A stretch of 64,000 bases of DNA from Octopus vulgaris. Its lineage: Eukaryota. The notes under the pieces are model-generated. The model made no database searches and was not told where the DNA came from. It worked only from the letters and a program-made list of their open reading frames with translations. Below are positions 55,331 to 64,000 of the stretch, piece after piece. The translations under genes and the position numbers were made by a program. How positions within the stretch are numbered: the stretch's first letter is position 1; each line of letters starts with the position of its first letter. The stretch lies in the NCBI GenBank assembly GCA_951406725.2, contig OX597818.1, positions 60,884,001 through 60,948,000 on the forward strand, given 5' to 3'.

Positions 55331-56089
55331 AAGTATCGTCAATTGCAACAACAGAAACAGTAGCTAAATCTTCCTCAAATCACGCCCCTTCAGTCTTCTT
55401 GAAGACACATTGACAAACACACACACACACACAATATCGACGGAATGGTCAAAGCTGGAGTGCTTTTGACTATGGTAGATTCTGTTCGATCTAAAATGAT
55501 GCAACAACAACAACAAGATCAAACAGCAATTACAACAATGGCATGAGAACAGCAGCAGCAGTAACAGCAGCAGCAGCAGCAACAACAGAGACCGATAACA
55601 ACAGCAAGAACAATATTAGGGGGAGGGTGGTAACAGCAAACAGCAAATGTAGTCGTGTGGTTAAGGATTTTATCTGACAACCACCTTGTTCTGAGTTCGA
55701 TCCCATCATGTGTCACCTTGGGCAAGTGTTTCTACTACAATTGCACTGAGCTGGAAAAAGAGGATTCGGTAGAAGGAAACTGTGCTGAAACCGACTGGGT
55801 GTATGTATGTCTGTGTGTATGTATGAATCCATGAATGCGTGTATGCATGTATGCGTGTATGTATGTATATATAGGTATGTATATCTGTGTGTATGTACGC
55901 GTGTATGTACGCAAGTATAAATGTGTGTGTGTGTATGTATGTATGTGTATGTGTATGTATACATGTATGCATGCATGAATGCGTGTACACATGTATGCGT
56001 GTATGTAGGTATGTGTGTGTATGTACGCGTGTAAGTATGCATGCACATATGTATGTGTGGTATGTACGTGTGTATGTATACATGTATGC

Positions 56090-58885
56090 ATGAATGCGTA
56101 TATGAATGTATGCGTGTATGTATGTATGTATGCATGTATGCATGTATGCATGTATGAATGCGTATATGCATGTATGTATGTGTGTATGTGTATGTCTGTA
56201 TGTATGCATGTATGCATTTAAGTATATATAGGTATGTATGTATGTATGTATGTATGTATGTATGTATGTATGTATGTATGTATGTATGTATGTATGTATG
56301 TATGTATGTATGTATGTATGTATGTATGTATGTATGTATGTATGTATGTGCATGTGTATGTATCTTCTCTTTTGTTTTTAAATATTTAAATTCTTCCTCT
56401 CAGGAATTAAATGGTTTCTAACAAAGGCACAAAGTTTCATCATCGGAATGTAGACAACAAAAGCAACGTCACACTTTAATCTTGAGAAAGTCTCGCATAT
56501 CTATACTGTTCCGCTGACAGATTGCATTTGTAATGTGGGAGTTCGGTGGTTGAACTCCCACATTTGAGCTCAGAACGTAGCGACAGACGAAATATCTATT
56601 TCTTTACAACCCACAAGGAGCTAAACACAGAAGGGACAAACAAGGACAAACAAACAGATTAAGTCGATAATATCGACCCCAGTGAGTAACTGGTACTTAT
56701 TTAATCGACCCCGAAAGGATGAAAGGCAAAGTCGACCTCGGCGGAATTTGAACTCAGAATGTAACAACAGACGTAATACCTGGGCTAAACACAGAGGGGA
56801 CAAACAAGGACAGACAAACGGATTAAGTCGATTATATCGACCTCAGTGCGTAACTGGTACTTAATTTATCGACCCTGAAAGGATGAAAAGCAAAGTCGAC
56901 CTCGGTGGAATTTGAACTCAGAACGTAACGGCAGGCGAAATACGGCTCCGCATTTCGCCCGGCGTATTAACGATTCTGCCAGCTCGCCGCCTTACACTTG
57001 AGATAATATTATGTAATGAAAATGTCAACAAATACTTGGAGATTATTTTAGCATGTAACTACAGATTTAAAAGCTCATTTCAGGAATTTAGAAAGAATAT
57101 GTAATATCTACTGCTATATCAATCCTTTATTCACTAAAAAAAAAACGTACTAATAATTTGGTTATTACTTTTATTGGCATCATTATGTTGTTATTTGTCT
57201 GAGTTATGTGATATCCATAATAATTTGTGTGTATTTATGATCATTTAGTTATAGCAATCCGTTATTTATTCAAAAATGCCATCATAATGTTTCGTTATCA
57301 TTACTAGAATGAATAGAGATAGGGAGGAAATTTGCACGATGGTCCCAAGTAGATATTTATTGGAGTTACGTTGAAAGATGCACAATCATGAGAGCAAAAA
57401 TGGGATGGAATATAGATATGTGTGCAGAAGTGTGAAGTGAAAGAATAGCTATGAATGTGTGTATGTATGTATGTATGTATGTATGTATGTATGTATGTAT
57501 GTATGTATGTATGTATGTATGTATGTATGTATGTATGTATGTATGTATGCATGAATGCGTATATGAATGTATGCGTGTATGTATGTGTAAGTATATCTGT
57601 ATGTATGTAAGTATGCATGTATGAATGCGTATATGCATGTATGTATGTGTGTATGTGTATGTCTGTATGTATGCATGTATGCATGTATGCATTTAAGTAT
57701 ATATAGGTATGTATGTATGTATGTATGTATGTGTGTATGTGTGTATGTATGTATGTATGTATGTATATATGTATGTGCATGTGTATGTATCTTCTCTTTT
57801 GTTTTTAAATATTTAAATTCTTCCTCTCAGGAATTAAATGGTTTCTAACAAAGGCACAAAGTTCCATCATCGGAATGTAGACAACAAAAGCAACGTCACA
57901 CTTTAATCTTGAGAAAGTCTCGCATATCTTTACTGTTCCGCTGACAGATTGCATTTGTAATGTGGGAGTTCGGTGGTTGAACTCCCACATTTGAGCTCAG
58001 AACGTAGCGACAGACGAAATATCTATTTCTTTACAACCCACAAGGAGCTAAACACAGAGGGGACAAACAAGGACAGACAAACGGATTAAGCCGATTATAT
58101 CGACCCCAGTGAGTAACTGGTACTTAATTTATCGACCCCGAAAGGATGAAAGCAAAGTCGACCTCGGCGGAATTTGAACTCAGAATGTAACAACAGACGA
58201 AATACCTGGGCTAAACACAGAGAGGACAAACAAGGACAGACAAACGGATTAAGTCGATTATATCGACCCCCAGTGCGTAACTGGTACTTATTTAATCGAC
58301 CCTGAAAGGATGAAAGGCAAAGTCGACCTCGGCGGAATTTGAACTCAGAACGTAACGGCAGACGAAATACGGCTCCGCATTTCGCCCGGCGTGTTAACGA
58401 TTCTGCCAGCTCGCCGCCTTACACTTGAGATAAAATTATGTAATGAAAATGTCAACAAACACTTGGAGATTATTTTAGCATGTAACTACAGATTTAAAAG
58501 CTCATTTCAGGAATTTAGAAAGAATATGTAATATCTAATGCTATATCAATCCTTTATTCACTAAAAAAAAAAACGTACTAATAATTTGGTTATTACTTTT
58601 ATTGGCATCATTATGTTGTTATTTGTCTGAGTTATGTGATATCCATAATAATTTGTGTGTATTTATGATCATTTAGTTATAGCAATCCGTTATTTATTCA
58701 AAAATGCTATCATAATGTTTCGTTATCATTACTAGAATGAATAGAGATAGGGAGGAAATTTGCACGATGGTCCCAAGTAGATATTTATTGGAGTTACGTT
58801 GAGAGATGCACAATCATGAGAGCAAAAATGGGATGGAATATAGATATGTGTGCAGAAGTGTGAAGTGAAAGAATAGCTATGAATG
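56090..58885 (+). repeat. ~1.43-kb tandem duplication (each unit contains a SINE multimer)
   Basis: Constant offset of ~1427-1428 (56350/57777, 56571/57998, 57443/58871); few substitutions. Confidence 0.92.
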
Positions 58886-60184
58886 TATGTATGTATGTAT
58901 GTATGTATGTATGTATGTATGTATGTATGTATGTATGTATGTATGTATGTATGTATGTATGTATGTATGTATGCACGTATGTATGTATGTATGTATGTAT
59001 GTATGTATGTATGTATTTATGTATGTATGTATGTATGTATGTATGTATGTATGTATGTATGTATGTATGTATGTATGTATGTATGTATGTATGTATGTAT
59101 GTATGTATGTATGTATGTATGTATGTATGTATGCATGTATGTATGTATGTATGTATGTATGTATGTGTATGTATGTATGTATGTATGTATGTATGTATGT
59201 ATGTATGTATGTATTTATGTATTTATGTATGTATGTATGTATGTATGTATGTATGTATGTATGTATGTATGTATGTGTGTATGTATGTATGTATGTATTT
59301 ATGTATGTATGTATGTATGTATGTATGTATGTATTTATGTATGTATCTATGTATGTATGTATGTATGTATGTATGTATGTATGTATGTATGTATGTATGT
59401 ATGTATGTATGTATGTATGTATGTATGTATGTATGTATGTATGTATGTATGTATGTATGTATGTATGTATGTATGTATGTATGTATGTATGTATGCATGC
59501 ATGTAAGTATGTATGTATGTATGTATGTATGCATGTATGTATGTATGTATGTATGTATGTGTGTATGTATGTGTGTATGTATGTATGTATGTGTGTATGT
59601 ATGTATGTATGTATGTATGTATGTATGTATGTATGTATGTATGTATGTATGTATGTATGTATGTATGTATGTATGTATGTATGTATGTATGTATGTATGT
59701 ATGTATGTATGTATGTATGTATGTATGTATGTATGTATGTATGTATGTATGTATGTATGTATGTATGTATGTATGTATGTATGTATGTATGTATGTATGT
59801 ATGTATGTATGTATGTATGTATGTATGTATGTATGTATGTATGTATGTATGTATGTATGTATGTATGTATGTATGTATGTATGTATGCATGTATGTATGT
59901 ATGTATGTATGTATGTATGTATGTATGTATGTATGTATGTATGTATGTATGTATGTATGTATGTATGTATGTATGTATGCATGTATGTATGTGTGTATGT
60001 ATGTATGTATGTATGTATGTATGTATGTATGTATGTATGTATGTATGTATGTATGTATGTATGTATGTATGTATGTATGCATGTATGTATGTATGTATGT
60101 ATGTATGTATGTATGTATGTATGCATGTATGTATGTATGTATGTATGTATGTATGTGTGTATGTATGCATGTATGTATGTATGT
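58884..60184. repeat. 1.3-kb (TATG)n microsatellite
   Basis: Direct reading. Confidence 0.95.
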
Positions 60185-60304
60185 AGCTCGCCGCCTTTTA
60201 TGTATGTATGGCCAATCATTTATTAGGAATCTAACCTAGCCCCCCCCCCCCCCCAAGTAAGAGGATGTAACTGAACTCAACCTTTCTCTCTCACACACAC
60301 ATAT

Positions 60305-60573
60305 ACTCTTTTACTCTTTTACTTGTTTCAGTCATTTGACTGTGGCCATGCTGGAGCACCGCCTTTTAGACGAGCAAATCGATCTCAAGACTTATTCTTT
60401 GGAAGCCTAGTACTTATTCTATTGGTCGGTCTCTTGTTGCCGAGCCGCTAAGTTACGGGGACGTAAACACACTAGCATCGGTTATCAAGCGACGTTGGAC
60501 AAACACAGACACACAAACATATACACACGTCCTCGCGTTGGTGTGTTTTTTTTCTGTCTTTTCTTGTTTGGAT

Positions 60574-60617
<44 letters not shown>

Positions 60618-60793
60618 CATACATATATACGACAGGCTTCTTTTAGTTTCCGTCTACCAAATCCACTCACAAGGCTTTGGTCGGCCCGAGGCTATAGTAG
60701 AAGACACTTGCCCAAGGTGCCACGCAGTGGGAATGAACCCGGAACCATGTGGTTGGGAAGCAAGTTACTTACCACACAGCCACTCCTGCGCCT
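60305..60793 (-). mobile_element. Full-length microsatellite-bearing SINE
   Basis: Reverse complement of the 24255-24840 family, head to tail. Confidence 0.9.
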
Positions 60794-61481
60794 AACAGCA
60801 TATATATATATATATATTTATATATATGTTTGTATACACAATTTAAATGAACATATATACCTATATGTATGTGTAAGAGTTTAGACAAGTAAATTCTTTG
60901 TCTGATAACGTCCATTAATGACAGGTAAAGCGACTGTGATGAGATCCAAGGACAACTAAAATTAAGTTTACGAGCAGACAGATTTGATCGTAATGACAGA
61001 CACGTTATTAACCTGCTGGGGCAATAAGCTGACCACACACAAATGAGTTGCTTTGAAGTAGAACGCTTGTAGACGAAAGAGATAAAGAATTCTTCTACTT
61101 TATATATTTGCAACATTATTATCTGAGGTGTTCATCTATCTTCCTGAAGAGCGAGTCATGGCTATGCTAAACAACGGACTGAATAAGGGGTTTTGTTAAT
61201 TTATATTTCATACTTATGAATTTTTTTCGTTGACTATAAATTTTGGTCTGTTTATTATATAATTCATATTTATGATTTTTATTTTCATTAATTTTTTTGT
61301 ATTTTTTTTTATCACTTGTATCTCTTTGAATCTACGAATTGCCTTTTCGTCAAGGGAATTCTAAAAATTGAATATAGGTATAAACTAACGGGACACTATG
61401 CATGATCCAGTGATACTCTCAGAGTCAGTCACCTGATGACGAGCAAATAAACAGCTATTGCTGGATCATATTCATATAATA

Positions 61482-61873
61482 CTAGCACTATCGCCTGGCG
61501 TTGCTCGGGTTTGTTTTGACCCTTTAGAATTGGAATTTTTGAAAAGTAAATATTTTGCATTATGTAGCTTGTTATTCTCTTTAAATGAACATTTTTCTGG
61601 TTAAAATACACCGAAAAATGGCGACACAGCAGTCAAAAACTCGTAAAAATTAGGGATTTTCATAGAAAAAAAGCACCTTTTTGATGTAAATAATTTTTGG
61701 TGTTAACATGGTCCGATTTGAATTTTTTCTTCAACGGAAGGAAGAGCAAGCCTTCTTCTAACATACTCTTAATTTTGGTCAACTTGTGCCGCAGGGTCTC
61801 GGAGGAGATAGTGTTAGTTGAAGCCTACCAAACCAGCCATACACAGACAACTTCAGCTTTATATATAGAGAGA
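61482..61873 (-). mobile_element. Non-autonomous Helitron
   Basis: Minus strand begins TCTCTCTATATATAAAAG and ends with hairpin CCCGAGCAACGCCAGG plus CTAG; A^T insertion site. Confidence 0.8.
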
Positions 61874-61884
61874 TTTATACAATA

Positions 61885-62521
61885 CTAGCAGTATCGCCCG
61901 GCGTTGCTCGGGTTTGTAAGGGAAATAACTATATAAGCATTTTTAGAGAGTTATAGCCAAAAAATAGCAAAAAATGCATTAAAAATGGAAAAAATATGAT
62001 GGTAAATTTTTTTTTAAATCGTTGACTCATCGTAGACATTTTTAGAGAGTTACTTCCCTTATATAATAGCGAAAAAATGCATTAAAATGGAAAAAAAACG
62101 ATGGTAAATTTTTTTTTAAATCGTAGACTCATGTAGACGCTTTCTTAGCCATTTCTGTTTTGGTGTCTTCAAGCCATGAAGTCGTTGTTCTAAAAGAACA
62201 CTGGTCTCCTTGACAACGCATTACGACGTTGATTTCCTTACACTCCCTTCTCCACAGGTGCAGGTGTGAGCGTGGACGCCAACTCCGCCGCCATCGACAC
62301 ACGAAAAATTATGCATTAAAATGGAATAAAAAATGATGTTAAATTATTTTTAAAATCGTAGACTCATCGTAGACGCGCGCTAATATTCAGACGGGCTCGA
62401 TATGAATCACGACTATAAGCTACCCGAATTTGGTTAAACTGTACCGCAAAATGTGGGAGTAGTTAGGAATCTAAATCGAAGGGGACAGACACTCACACAA
62501 CTACAGTTTTATATATATAGA
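61885..62521 (-). mobile_element. Second non-autonomous Helitron, in tandem, with internal ~105-bp repeats
   Basis: 5' TCTATATATATAAAA, 3' hairpin CCCGAGCAACGCCGGG plus CTAG; the block aaaaaatgcattaaaatgg...tcgtagac occurs three times. Confidence 0.8.
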
Positions 62522-62534
62522 TATACATAGCGCA

Positions 62535-62895
62535 GTAGTGGTGAGATATGACAGCAAAGAAAAGCATACATTCACTCTCTGCATGCAATTAGACTCGGAA
62601 AGTTCGTGAGGAACCCATTGACCCAATTTGCTGACTTTTCCGATAGCACACAGGTGTCAATGAATGGTTGAATGACCAAATCCAAGCTTCTCTGCTAGTT
62701 CCTCAACAGTTACGATGATATTTTGTTCCACCAGGGTTTTCAGGATGTCCTTGTCGAGTTCTACAGATCTTTCAGGATGAGGCTCGTCTTCTAGGCTGTA
62801 GTTTATGGCTCAGGATTTCTGGAACCACCATTGACACTGCCTTACGCTTATTGTCCAATCCCCATATACTGCATTAATATTTCTTGTACTTTGCA
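62535..62895 (-). mobile_element. Mariner transposase N-terminal fragment
   Basis: STRNINAVYGDWTISVRQCQWWFQK...VTVEELA...GQWVPHEL; same family as 37486-38401. Confidence 0.85.
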
Positions 62896-62956
62896 CACAT
62901 TTATATTCTGTTATTCTTTTATATGTTTCAGCCTTGAGGTTGTGGCCATGCTGGAT

Positions 62957-62992
<36 letters not shown>

Positions 62993-63869
62993 TATCTGTC
63001 TGTCTGTCTGTATGTATATATGTATATGTATGTGTGTGAACAATAATATTTTCAACAGATGTGTTGCAAATGTATCTGATTGTTCTCAAGCTTCAATACT
63101 GTGTGTGTGTGTGTATGTGTGTGTGTGTATGTATGTATGTATGTATGTATGTATGTATGTGTGTATGTATGTATGTGTGTGTGTATGTATGTGTGTGTGT
63201 ATGTGTGTGTGTATGTGTATGTATGTATGTATGTATGTATGTATGTATGTATGTATGTATGTATGAGTGTATGTTTACTTTATTACTAATTACTCTCTTC
63301 CAAGAACATTTTCACTCACTCTTAGCTCTTAGCTTCCCATACATTTTACTCATGTATCTATCAGCGTCATAGACAGAATACTTTCACTTTAGTCTTGCTC
63401 AAATCACTCTGTCGTTATTTACTTTCATTTTATTCGTTGCCCACTGTGTGTGTGCGTTTGCGTGTGGTGTAAACCAGACTAAGAAAAGCATTTGACACAC
63501 ACACCAGAATGTGAGTTTTCTGTAAATTTTGCTTAATTGGAGTTTAAATTTTAAAAACTGGACCTGGCATGACCCGATGCGTTGTACTCTTAAGAATGCT
63601 AGGTAAATTGTAATTGAAGAAATCCTATATTGTAGATTTGTATAACTCCCAAAGGGAGGGAGATAAAATCTGCCTTTTATAATAAGAGATACATAATATG
63701 TGAAACAATCAGCAATTCACAGTTGGTGCTAGTGCACAGAAACAAATGTTGAACGTAGGCTCGAAACGTCAAAGACATTTCCGTTTTCCCTGAGCGTCAA
63801 ATTAATACACCTTGTTTGTTGTTATCTCAGCAATCTTTTGCTTTTGGCTTCTATACAGTTTTGAGCTAC

Positions 63870-64000
63870 AGGCGCGGGAGTGGCTGTGTGGTAAGTAGCT
63901 TGCTTCCCAACCACATGGTTCCGGGTTCAGTCCCACTGCGTAGCACCTTCGATAGGTGTCTTCTACTATAGCCTCGGGCCGACCAAAGGCTTGTGATTTG
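63870..64000 (+). mobile_element. SINE head (microsatellite-bearing family), runs off the window
   Basis: aggcgcgggagtggctgtgtggtaagtagc...ggttcagtcccactgcg. Confidence 0.85.

Noticed and set aside
54451-55367. Mucin-like Thr/Ser-rich ORFs
   Set aside because: (AGT)n microsatellite translations with no splice or signal evidence.
58877-60239. 400-450-aa YVCM/HTYI ORFs (and similar at 4200-4750, 9400-10600, 51700-53200, 55700-56400)
   Set aside because: Stop-free translations of (TATG)n, (TA)n and (GATA)n repeats.
61140-61185. HHR-like CTGAAGAGC...CTAAAC
   Set aside because: No GAAA and the stems are not recoverable.

Overview
AT-rich, extremely repeat-dense metazoan DNA. The SINE families and microsatellite load look like a cephalopod (Octopus-type) genome; this is inferred from recognising the repeats. 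I find no complete protein-coding gene, and almost every long ORF in the track is a translated microsatellite. The recognisable coding remnants are all transposon-derived: an internally deleted Gypsy LTR element, RTE, Tx1/L1-like and R4/Dong-like LINE fragments, Penelope-like (PLE) RT and GIY-YIG fragments, mariner and Tc1 transposase remnants, and Helitron/Helentron pieces. The most striking unannotated signal is about ten type I hammerhead-ribozyme (HHR) motifs from at least seven unrelated non-coding repeat families. Two have intact cores (37045-37090 +; 2824-2943 -, the latter with an unusual ~93-nt stem-loop II), and two lie downstream of PLE ORF remnants. Other structure: a head-to-head PLE palindrome with apparently identical 497-bp arms, SINE dimers inside single TSDs, three tRNA-headed SINEs sharing a head and core but with different tails, multi-level nested insertions, a ~1.43-kb tandem duplication, and a few weak candidate exons.
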